DNA of 64,000 nt from a virus (Duplodnaviria > Caudoviricetes). Shown piece after piece: positions 57,101 through 64,000 of the stretch. The DNA lies in the IMG/VR virus record IMGVR_UViG_3300049320_000001, positions 17,655-81,654 of that record; one strand, 5' to 3'. Numbering within the stretch: the stretch's first letter is position 1; each line of letters opens with the position of its first letter. The translations under genes and the position numbers were made by a program. The notes under the pieces are model-generated. The model made no database searches and had not been told where the DNA came from. It saw only the letters and a program-made list of their open reading frames with translations.

Positions 57101-58199
57101 GTACAAGGTGTCGTCCACGGCTACGGGTGGCTACTTCAACATCCTCAGCATCGCCAACCTTGCTGCCAGCACGACCTACACGATGTCTTTCCATGCCTCG
57201 TGTACCTCCATTGCTGACACTGCGGTCTATGCCACTGCTTATGCGGACATGACTAACGTCAAGGTCTACGAGAACGGTGGGGGCAGCCGCACCCTCAATG
57301 GCTCAGGCGGCGTTACTGGCTCAGTGATCTACGGCCTGCACACGTTGTCCGGGTGGCGTTACGGTGCCCGGACAGGCGTACAGGAGATGGGTTACATCGG
57401 GTGGCAGGTCCGGCACTGGGTGACCTTCACGACGCCTTCCGACCTGCTGGCGGGTGGCTCGGTCAACGTGCGCCTTCCTGCTCCGGTCACCTCTGGTGGT
57501 GCTGTTGAGTCCACTTACGCCGTGGTCTACGACGGTATCCAGATCGAACAGTCCTCCTACATGACGCGGTACTGCGACGGTGACCAGCCAGGGGCCTCGT
57601 GGAGTGGTACACGCAATGCCTCTACATCCACTCGCTACGGCATGAAGACGCTGCAACTGGCATACGACCTGGACCCCAACATCACTGGGTCGCTGAACCT
57701 GTCCAATGTGTCGATGAGTCGTCAGAAGTTGGGTTCAGGCCCTCTTCATGGGACGAACTACGCCCTAGTGTCGAACTCTGCGACAACGACACACGCCACC
57801 AGTTGGACACCTATTGCCTACAACACCCAAGACATCACCCGTCAGTCCAGTGATGACGGGGACATCTTCACTGGGACAACGAACTTCATCCTTTATCTTG
57901 CAGGTGTCTATTCGTTCTCCAACACTGCAACTATTACGGTGCTACCAACGCTATCAAGCAATGGCCGGTTGCTGACGCGGTGGGTCACGAGTGGTAGTTC
58001 AGAACTTGTTCGTGGCACCATGGATACCATCAGCCAAACCGGTACCCTGACATCATCAGGTATCTGCGCGTTCCCTGGTACTTCAAGTGGTACCTATTAC
58101 ATCCAGAGCCAGTTCTACCATAACGGCACAGGAACGGCGACGTTGGCTGCTCATGCTCCAGGCACTCCTATGACTGCCACCGTTTGCTTCGTTGCTTAG
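54135..58199 (+). CDS. Long tail fibre / receptor-binding protein
   Basis: 1354 aa, Thr/Ser/Gly-rich with repeated GTLTV/GSLTV segments; DGDQPGASWSGTRNAS motif of actinophage minor tail proteins. Confidence 0.75.
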   Translation: MGLFADSLRIAQRVSYTSNVDGYEGGQPEQLTPIPDSDAVKAMIADYLSTVDITGTLSPYISTLQADISLLSNIINSVITTTTTRDANGNVVSSTTNTGVGLTSLTGTANQLVTNSSIGDVTISIPNNPLLPGVVTAQGFAPSGFSGSTQPTRFMGGTVSGAPTTGTWLQGDYVVGITNGTMWVCTTAGSPGTWSGVGGGFAGFGASVVSETAFGQSAALGSGTTAAYANHTHGTPATPVTSAIAGAGIGVSGATGAVTITNSGVTNLALGATTANLTLTASTGSIQVSMSPTPSFTTVGVSGLSTLSGNAVVKGTLDIQTTGSSSKFFFNTATSVATFPTESLSGDAVIQASIPYNRLTGAAQASIQAFPAGDSQFSMLRWVTSSGSFTDANGQQRDGLTINNSATRVADSTAYAGYSIANTGMTTNVLAVSGPGYTGLQPGQYQAVYYVKVSSTASSSAALTLQVTGTAVSANPTVAVSPSQLATTYIGVVVPFTITSTTNTVNTTITSNQLPGAVTWQFSHVRVQQFDGLTTSSTSQYFFANAAITSAQIQSLTASSIIAGTIAADDIFIGSGGHIYMGTKAGARTELSSAGISSYLSTDLTNPTVQITNTGTFQLRSANTGTRINLQSSVGIELYNGATRTFFADVATGNLTLTGSITATSGAFTGDVQISTGSLYAGASATSGQRLRVTSSGITAFNGAGTQTFSVTTAGNVTMSGSSTLGGSLTVDGTATLNGLIQTATNTGSLIAGITIDPTGVKGYNSSSTTPVVVIDAVTGALSASSATFTGTLTVGAATTLNGTLTLGTGTISSTNFTVSSAGVVNATSATLSSVTIQNTSTLNGTVAVGATLTVSGTIQSATTVGVSGSGYRLSTSGLEFYNVSTRNFYVDMSGNVTSSGTLSLAGSLNVAGQINAPAYAANPGFFQVNANETFVSSSGTTNLATRPSCESLTSTSTSGAAVTLSLKGTVITDYVSNVDLVPFSGTASYKVSSTATGGYFNILSIANLAASTTYTMSFHASCTSIADTAVYATAYADMTNVKVYENGGGSRTLNGSGGVTGSVIYGLHTLSGWRYGARTGVQEMGYIGWQVRHWVTFTTPSDLLAGGSVNVRLPAPVTSGGAVESTYAVVYDGIQIEQSSYMTRYCDGDQPGASWSGTRNASTSTRYGMKTLQLAYDLDPNITGSLNLSNVSMSRQKLGSGPLHGTNYALVSNSATTTHATSWTPIAYNTQDITRQSSDDGDIFTGTTNFILYLAGVYSFSNTATITVLPTLSSNGRLLTRWVTSGSSELVRGTMDTISQTGTLTSSGICAFPGTSSGTYYIQSQFYHNGTGTATLAAHAPGTPMTATVCFVA

Positions 58200-58207
58200 G
58201 AGACTTC

Positions 58208-58579
58208 ATGCCAATGACACCTGAGCCCAAGAGTCGTTGGGCTCGCTCTAGCCAGAGAGGTACAGGGCGTGGCTGGGAACACGTCAAGTACACCCCTGCT
58301 GATGGGCGCAAGGTTCCTACGGAGTGTGATCACACCCAGTACCTGGACACGGACACAGGTTCGGGCATCAACACTGGCGTGTGCCTGGACTGTGGAGCAC
58401 ACTTCGCCTATCGCACCTGGAACATCATCCCTGGCACCACACCTCTGACAGATGCCGAGTTGCAGGCGCACCGCGACTACTTCCATGGCTTCTGGTGGAA
58501 TACCTCTGGTAGCCCAGAACCAGCGCTGCCGTATCCCTCTACGTTCCGCGTTCTTCCTGAACATCGGCCCTATCTGTAA
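58208..58579 (+). CDS. Hypothetical protein
   Basis: AGGAG RBS. Confidence 0.55.
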   Translation: MPMTPEPKSRWARSSQRGTGRGWEHVKYTPADGRKVPTECDHTQYLDTDTGSGINTGVCLDCGAHFAYRTWNIIPGTTPLTDAELQAHRDYFHGFWWNTSGSPEPALPYPSTFRVLPEHRPYL

Positions 58580-58594
58580 GACTGAGGAGTCTTC

Positions 58595-58813
58595 GTGTCC
58601 ACGATCTTCGTTGTTCAGAGCAAGAGCAGCGCTGGCCCTGACATGGTCAACGTCGCGTTCGTAGAGGTGGGCACCGGTACGGTGGTGAACAACACCACCT
58701 TCCAGCAGTCCTTCAACCGGACGCTCCCCCAGTCCGAGGCTGACCAGTACGAGATCAACTCCCAGTGGGAGCAGACCTTGACGCCTGTGACCGAGGCACC
58801 TCTTGAGGTGTAA
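58595..58813 (+). CDS. Possible tail fibre assembly protein
   Basis: GAGGAG RBS; near the fibre gene. Confidence 0.4.
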   Translation: MSTIFVVQSKSSAGPDMVNVAFVEVGTGTVVNNTTFQQSFNRTLPQSEADQYEINSQWEQTLTPVTEAPLEV

Positions 58814-59018
58814 CAGGTGCGGGGTCGAGCACCCCAACATCCTCCCTTCGCCCTACTCCCTGCTCACCCTGACCGGGCCTGGGGGCTCGCGCACGTGGGT
58901 CTACTGCGTGGACAAGTGTGCAGCCTTGGTGGAGGCGTGGCTGGACCACACCTGGGAGCCAGGGCAAGATGCTGTTGTAGTGCCGATCGATCCGACCGGT
59001 GCGCTTCTTACTGAGTAG
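58803..59018 (+). CDS. Small CxxC protein
   Basis: CNRC..CVDKC. Confidence 0.5.
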   Translation: MRCNRCGVEHPNILPSPYSLLTLTGPGGSRTWVYCVDKCAALVEAWLDHTWEPGQDAVVVPIDPTGALLTE

Positions 59019-59026
59019 GGGATGAC

Positions 59027-59233
59027 ATGCCTTTCGAGGCCGACGCGATGGAGATCATCGAAGACCAGACCCAGACGATCGCAGCCCTGCACAAGCAGGT
59101 CTCGATCTTGAAGAGCCAGTTGAAGGCCGCTGAGCGTGCCGTGGAGGCACAGCCCAAGCCTGAGCCTGTGACCATCGAGCCCGACCTGCCCAAGGGTGAC
59201 CCTTCCAAGAAGCCTGCGAAGGCTGTAGCCTGA
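59027..59233 (+). CDS. Small coiled-coil protein
   Basis: Heptad pattern. Confidence 0.5.
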   Translation: MPFEADAMEIIEDQTQTIAALHKQVSILKSQLKAAERAVEAQPKPEPVTIEPDLPKGDPSKKPAKAVA

Positions 59234-59463
59234 CCGCGTTGATGAGGTTCCGCTAGACCCACATTGGCGAGGCCCCTGCTCCTACGGGACAGGGGCTTTG
59301 TCATGCCACAGACTCAGTACATGAGCGATGTCGTCTGCCCACAGTGCTCTAAGAAGGTCACCAGGCACTGCGATCACTGCGGCTGGCTGGTCTGTGTCCC
59401 CTGCGAGGTGACGTACGGACGCAACAACTACGTGCGGGTCAAGAAGCGGCAGAACGGGATCTG

Positions 59464-59826
59464 ATGGCAGCACAAGACCTGGGGACGTACCTCCAGCAGT
59501 ACGGCCTGTTCGGGTTGATCTTCCTGGACGCCTTCGTCACGCGCAAGGTCCTCATGCCGATCTGGGCACATAAGGACGCCGTTGCTGCGAAGGAGGAGAC
59601 TATCCATGACCGTGACAAGACCATTACCGAGAAGAACGCCGACATCCGAGAGTTGAAGACGTCGTTGGACAAGTTGCAGGCGCTCACCAGGGATCAGATG
59701 CTCCCTGCGTTGGTAAGAGCCAACCAACTGTCAGCCGACTATCTGGCAGCCATCACGAAGGAGGGGGTACGTGAAGAGCAGTCTCGGACCGCAGCCAAGC
59801 GACCGTCACCCAAGCGCAAGGCATGA
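59464..59826 (+). CDS. Membrane protein with coiled coil (holin-like)
   Basis: N-terminal TM YGLFGLIFL..W.H followed by a coiled coil. Confidence 0.55.
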   Translation: MAAQDLGTYLQQYGLFGLIFLDAFVTRKVLMPIWAHKDAVAAKEETIHDRDKTITEKNADIRELKTSLDKLQALTRDQMLPALVRANQLSADYLAAITKEGVREEQSRTAAKRPSPKRKA

Positions 59827-59966
59827 CATGACACGTGACGTCGAGATCCTTACCCTCAAGGCTGAGACCAACCGCCTGAGCCTGGAGTCACTCCTCGTAT
59901 TGGGACAACTTGAGATGCACGAGGAACACTTGAGGCAGTTCATTCAGGAGCAGACGGAAGGTCGTC

Positions 59967-60509
59967 ATGGCCAACGGACACGGCGATAGGTACGGAGACG
60001 AGCGCATCCAGCGGCTAGAGCAAGCCACTGAGCGCCTTTCCTCCAACGTCATCGGACTGAGCACTGCCCTTGCGCTGGTCACGGAGATCTCTGAGCGTCA
60101 GGCTGAGGTAGAGACTCGACAGTCTGACATCGAGAACAAGGCTCACGACGCCAAGGTCGTCGCAGAAGACCTGAGCAAGAAGTACCTCACGGTGGAGCGC
60201 GCCCGTACGCGCACCCACGTCTTCTACTCGATGTGGCTGCTGCTGTTGCTGTTCTTCATCTCCTACACGCGCTACCAGAGCATTCAGCAGATCCATGATC
60301 GCCTGGTGGCCTCACATGCTGGGTGCGTCAAGTCCAACCAGCGCGTGGACACTGAGATCGACTTCCTCAACAGCCTGATCAGCCCCAAGTCCTCCCCCGA
60401 GGGAGTGGCCAAGGTGAGGGGCTACATCCAGAAGTTGGAAGAGCAGAAGGGCGACTGCTCCACCTTCGACCCCAAGACCAACACCCCAGGGTTCTTCGCG
60501 CTCACATGA
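59967..60509 (+). CDS. Membrane protein (coiled coil, TM, Cys pair)
   Basis: TM VFYSMWLLLLLFFISY; C...C in the C-terminal domain. Confidence 0.55.
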   Translation: MANGHGDRYGDERIQRLEQATERLSSNVIGLSTALALVTEISERQAEVETRQSDIENKAHDAKVVAEDLSKKYLTVERARTRTHVFYSMWLLLLLFFISYTRYQSIQQIHDRLVASHAGCVKSNQRVDTEIDFLNSLISPKSSPEGVAKVRGYIQKLEEQKGDCSTFDPKTNTPGFFALT

Positions 60510-62020
60510 CCACAGCCCTAGCACTCTCTGACTTCGTTCTGACCCGGCCACCGGAGAACGACGATGAACTCTACGAACTGGTGTACACGTTGTGGGGGGT
60601 TCGGATCCCTCGAACACCTGTCTGCGCCGAGCACCAGACTCCGTTCGCAGCCTTCGCGGACGCGTACTTTGGCCGTTCTCCGGTGTCGGTGTGGAAAGGC
60701 TCGCGTGGTTTCGGTGGAAAGTCTCGCACCCTCGCCTACCTGGCTCTGACTGAAGCGGTGGTCCTCGGGGCAGAGATCAACCTGTTGGGAGGTTCGCTCG
60801 CGCAGTCCACGAACATCCACGAAGCCATGCGCGACGGCTGGGATGCACCGCTCGCACCTAACCACATGGTCGTCTCTCACGGGACGACGATCCTGCGACT
60901 CTCCAATGGGGCTAAGGTCCGACCCCTCACTGCTTCTCAGCGCACTGTTCGTGGACCCCACCCCCAGCGCCTCCGGCTCGATGAGATCGATGAGATGGAC
61001 ATCACGATCTTGGATGCCGCGATGGGTCAGCCGATGCCTAAGACCATCGGGGACAACTACATCGACACCCAGACGGTGATGTCGAGCACCCACCAGTACC
61101 CCGACAAGACCATGACGGAGATCCTCCAGCGGGCTGTGGAGAACGACTGGCCGGTCTTCTCCTGGTGCTACAAGGAGACCTCCAACCCGGTTGATGGCTG
61201 GCTCTCCCCCATGACCATCGAGCGCAAGCGCCAAGAGGTCTCGGCTGCCATGTTCGCGGTCGAGTACGACCTCCAGGAGCCGAGCATCGGCACCCGTGCC
61301 ATCGACACCGAGGCTGTCGAGGCGATGTTCTGCATGAACAACTCCGAGGTCATCAAGTCGCCTTACATGAGGCGTGCTGGTGTCAAGGAGGAGTGGGTCG
61401 GTGAGAAGCCCCAGCGCGAGGGCGACTACGTCACTGGGGCTGACTGGGCCAAGGAGGGTGACTACACCGTCGTTGCCACCTTCCGGACCGACTGTCACCC
61501 GTGGCGGCTGGTGGCCTACAAGCGCTACAACCGCCGCCCTTGGCCGGTCATGGTGGGTTGGTTCAACGAGCAGTTCAGCGAGTACGGCGGCAAGGCTGTC
61601 CACGACGGGACGGGCATCGGCAACGTGGTCAACGACTACATCGACGCCCGCTCGATCCCCTTCATCATGTCGGGACGCCAGCGCGACGAGATGCTGACCG
61701 AGTACATCGCTGCGGTGGAGCGTGGCGACCTCATCGCCCCTCGCATCGAGTCGGCCTACACTGCTCACAAGTACGCCTCGGTCGAGGACATCTACGGCGG
61801 TGGCAAGGACACCCACCTCCCTGACGAGATCTGTGCCTTCGCTCTCGCCTGGTCTCGGGCCAAGCGGAAGAAGACGCCCGCCATCCCTGTTCCAGTGGAG
61901 AGGCTTCTGGAGAGTACGGATGCTTGGGACAACGACCCCAGGCCTGCCAACGCCAGCCCCTGGCGCGATGTCGGTGGGGTCAAGGACCACCAGGATGTCG
62001 GCTTCTCGTTCACCGTCTAG
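60506..62020 (+). CDS. terL: Terminase large subunit
   Basis: GSRGFGGKS Walker A, LRLDEIDE Walker B, MSST; nuclease domain GADWAK..D, HDGTGIG, PDEICAFAL. Confidence 0.92.
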   Translation: MTTALALSDFVLTRPPENDDELYELVYTLWGVRIPRTPVCAEHQTPFAAFADAYFGRSPVSVWKGSRGFGGKSRTLAYLALTEAVVLGAEINLLGGSLAQSTNIHEAMRDGWDAPLAPNHMVVSHGTTILRLSNGAKVRPLTASQRTVRGPHPQRLRLDEIDEMDITILDAAMGQPMPKTIGDNYIDTQTVMSSTHQYPDKTMTEILQRAVENDWPVFSWCYKETSNPVDGWLSPMTIERKRQEVSAAMFAVEYDLQEPSIGTRAIDTEAVEAMFCMNNSEVIKSPYMRRAGVKEEWVGEKPQREGDYVTGADWAKEGDYTVVATFRTDCHPWRLVAYKRYNRRPWPVMVGWFNEQFSEYGGKAVHDGTGIGNVVNDYIDARSIPFIMSGRQRDEMLTEYIAAVERGDLIAPRIESAYTAHKYASVEDIYGGGKDTHLPDEICAFALAWSRAKRKKTPAIPVPVERLLESTDAWDNDPRPANASPWRDVGGVKDHQDVGFSFTV

Positions 62021-62027
62021 GAGAGAC

Positions 62028-62231
62028 ATGAAGGCACCAAGCAGAGCCGTCAAGGAGATCGACGCCCTCGTTCGACCTCACGGGTGGACCTGGGAAGTCT
62101 CCAAGGGTGGCCACGTGAAGTGGAAGGGGCCAGACGGCAAGGGTCTGGTTGTCACCTCTGCCTCGGGGTCTGACCACCGTGCGGTGAAGAACGCCCTGTC
62201 GGACTTCCGCAAGCAGGGCTGTCCGGTCTAA
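62028..62231 (+). CDS. HicA-like (dsRBD-fold) protein
   Basis: GWTWEVSKGGHVKW..SASGSDHRA.KN..RKQG. Confidence 0.7.
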   Translation: MKAPSRAVKEIDALVRPHGWTWEVSKGGHVKWKGPDGKGLVVTSASGSDHRAVKNALSDFRKQGCPV

Positions 62232-62241
62232 GACATGACGA

Positions 62242-62271
62242 AGCCCCGGTCTCCACTAGGGAGCCGGGGCT
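62242..62271. terminator. Terminator hairpin between convergent genes
   Basis: AGCCCCGG...CCGGGGCT. Confidence 0.7.
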
Positions 62272-62277
62272 CTGTCG

Positions 62278-62514
62278 TTAGGCCTTGGGGACTCGACGCG
62301 ACATCCCCTGGGCCACGTTCTGGGCCGCCATCTGGGCAACGCCCGCGATGATGACCCCCCGGACCGTGTTGACGGTCCACTTGACGTTCGGGGACTTGCT
62401 GGTGTCCGTGAGGGCCTGCTTGACCTTGGTGGTGATCCGCTCGGCCTTGGTGGGGTGGAGCGGGGTCACGTTGCTGTCGGTCATGGTTTCCTCTCTGGTG
62501 AGGTAGTTCCTCAC
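62278..62514 (-). CDS. Small membrane protein
   Basis: C-terminal hydrophobic helix; promoter TTGACA-17-TATTGT at 62525-62553. Confidence 0.55.
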   Translation of the reverse strand: MRNYLTREETMTDSNVTPLHPTKAERITTKVKQALTDTSKSPNVKWTVNTVRGVIIAGVAQMAAQNVAQGMSRRVPKA

Positions 62515-62524
62515 TCATGCACAA

Positions 62525-62553
62525 ACAATAACACGCTGTGCATCAAATGTCAA
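62525..62553 (-). promoter_or_regulatory. SigA-type promoter TTGACA-17-TATTGT
   Basis: Read on the reverse complement. Confidence 0.75.
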
Positions 62554-62606
62554 GTCCTAAACACGACAATAGGCCACCAGATTGATATCTGATGACCTAT
62601 TTGCCG

Positions 62607-62741
62607 CTATCGAGACGCTCTACCGATGGCCACGAGGGCGACCGCCACTCCTACTGCCGCTGCCTGCTTGACGGGCAACTTTCGTGGGGTCTTGGTCACG
62701 ACCGTCGTGGTGACGGTGCGTGTCTGGATCTGCTTGGGCAT
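62607..62741 (-). CDS. 44-aa membrane peptide (MPKQIQTRTV..VGVAVALVAIGRASR)
   Basis: AAGGAGG RBS; promoter motif at 62766-62786; below the track cut-off. Confidence 0.55.
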   Translation of the reverse strand: MPKQIQTRTVTTTVVTKTPRKLPVKQAAAVGVAVALVAIGRASR

Positions 62742-62765
62742 CTGCCCTCCTTTCTCCATGCCTCA

Positions 62766-62786
62766 ACTGTATCACACCCTCTACAC
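62766..62786 (-). promoter_or_regulatory. Phage-specific extended -10 promoter motif (copy)
   Basis: Minus strand GTGTAGAGGGTGTGATACAGT. Confidence 0.6.
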
Positions 62787-62841
62787 CCTGTACAGAGTGT
62801 CGTAGGGGACAACAGGTAGGCAGAAAGCGATGATGGAGGCT

Positions 62842-64000
62842 ATGACGACCCCCATGGGCATGGTGGATTCGTTTGGCCCTGATGGGACCATGCGAGGCGC
62901 TGCCGTAGACAAGGCGATGATCGAACTCGGTCAGTCCGGTCTGCGGCGTTGGGGTGGTTACGTCGATGAGGAGTTCCTGCCTCAACTGCGTGGCCGTAAG
63001 TCCATCCAGGTCTTCAAGGAGATGTCGGAGAACGACCCCATGGTGGGGTCGCTGCTCTGGGCCATCGACAAGTTGCTCAGGCAGGTCACCTGGCGGGTGG
63101 ACAGTTCCTCCTCGAACCCCGAGGACCAGTTGGCTGCTCAGTTTGTCGAAGAGTGCATGGACGACATGTCCCACACCTGGGACGACCTGATCAGCGAGAT
63201 CCTCTCCATGCTGGTCTATGGGTGGTCCTGGCACGAGGTGGTCTACAAGCGCCGGGGTGGGGACGTCCGCAACCCTGAGTTGAAGAGCAAGTACGCGGAC
63301 GGCATGATCGGCTGGCGCAAGATGCCCATCCGCTCCCAGGAGACCCTCTTGGAGTGGGAGTTTGACTCCGATGGTGGCATCCAGTCCATGGTGCAGTTGG
63401 CCCCACCGGACTACAAGAAGGCCGTCATCCCGATCCAGAAGAGCCTGCTGTTCCGCACGGCCCTTCACAAGAACAACCCTGAGGGTCGCTCCATCCTGCG
63501 TACGGCCTACCGGCCCTGGTACTTCAAGAAGCGCATCGAGGAGATCGAGGCCATCGGCATCGAGCGTGACCTCGCTGGCCTCCCGGTTGCCAAGATCCCC
63601 GCTGAGTTCCTCTCTGCTGCTCCAGGAACCCTGGAGTACAAGACCGCCGAGGCCTTCAAGAAGATGGTCCGCTCGGTCAAGCGCGATGAGATGGAAGGCG
63701 TCGTCATGCCCCAGGCATACGACGAAGAGACCAAGATGCCGCTGTACGAGTTCGAGTTGCTGTCCTCTGGTGGTGGCTCCAACTTCAACACCGACCAGAT
63801 CATCCAGCGGTACGAGCAGCGCATCCTGATGACGGTCCTGGCGGACTTCATTCTCGTGGGCCACCAGGACACCGGCTCCTACGCCCTGCACACCGACAAG
63901 ACCGGGATCTTCCGGTCCTCCCTCAACTCCTTCGCACAGGCCATCGCAGACGTGCTCAACCGGCACGAGATCCCGCGCCTCTTCGCCCTCAACGGGTGGA
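62842..64000 (+). CDS. Portal protein (DUF935/Mu gp29-like), truncated by window end
   Basis: Hand translation ELGQSGLRRWGGYVDEEFLPQLRG..EMSENDPMVGSLL..YGWSWHEVVYK..NPEGRSILR..IGIERDLAGLP; follows terL; GGAGG RBS. Confidence 0.88.
   Translation, partial: MTTPMGMVDSFGPDGTMRGAAVDKAMIELGQSGLRRWGGYVDEEFLPQLRGRKSIQVFKEMSENDPMVGSLLWAIDKLLRQVTWRVDSSSSNPEDQLAAQFVEECMDDMSHTWDDLISEILSMLVYGWSWHEVVYKRRGGDVRNPELKSKYADGMIGWRKMPIRSQETLLEWEFDSDGGIQSMVQLAPPDYKKAVIPIQKSLLFRTALHKNNPEGRSILRTAYRPWYFKKRIEEIEAIGIERDLAGLPVAKIPAEFLSAAPGTLEYKTAEAFKKMVRSVKRDEMEGVVMPQAYDEETKMPLYEFELLSSGGGSNFNTDQIIQRYEQRILMTVLADFILVGHQDTGSYALHTDKTGIFRSSLNSFAQAIADVLNRHEIPRLFALNGW

Noticed and set aside
54135-58199. Diversity-generating retroelement acting on the fibre tip
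   Set aside because: No reverse transcriptase and no template-repeat copy of the C-terminal region seen in the window.
1-64000. Stop-codon reassignment
   Set aside because: TAG, TGA and TAA all end well-defined genes and long genes are intact under the standard code.

Overview
The window is most of the genome of a high-GC tailed dsDNA phage with siphovirus-type organisation. The host is inferred to be an actinobacterium, from WhiB, Rpf-like and Pup-like genes, an M15 endolysin and TANNNT promoters. Layout: 1-17.3 kb (+) head-tail joining, tail, a 1907-aa tape measure with a C-terminal transglycosylase, minor tail proteins and lysis; 17.3-37.5 kb (-) about 45 accessory/early genes; 37.9-50 kb (+) replication and recombination (DnaB-like helicase, primase, SSB, tRNA-Leu(CAA), DnaE-type Pol III alpha, Cas4-like nuclease, RuvC, WhiB); 50.8-64 kb (+) small terminase, small genes, a displaced 1354-aa tail fibre, large terminase and a truncated portal. 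No integrase, CRISPR array or reverse transcriptase was seen. The strongest novelty candidates are four. (1) A translationally coupled pair: a ubiquitin-like (beta-grasp pattern, C-terminal GG) protein and a Cys-His, possibly E2-like, partner, in an arm that also encodes an AAA+ ATPase and a Pup mimic. (2) A roughly 1.1 kb hairpin-dense non-coding unit bounded by its own promoter and terminator, a candidate giant ncRNA. (3) Apparent genome-wide avoidance of AGCT, CTGCAG and CTCGAG, which forces TTG leucine codons and matches the only tRNA present. (4) A stand-alone secreted Rpf-like enzyme. All protein family calls come from motif recognition by eye; no searches were run.
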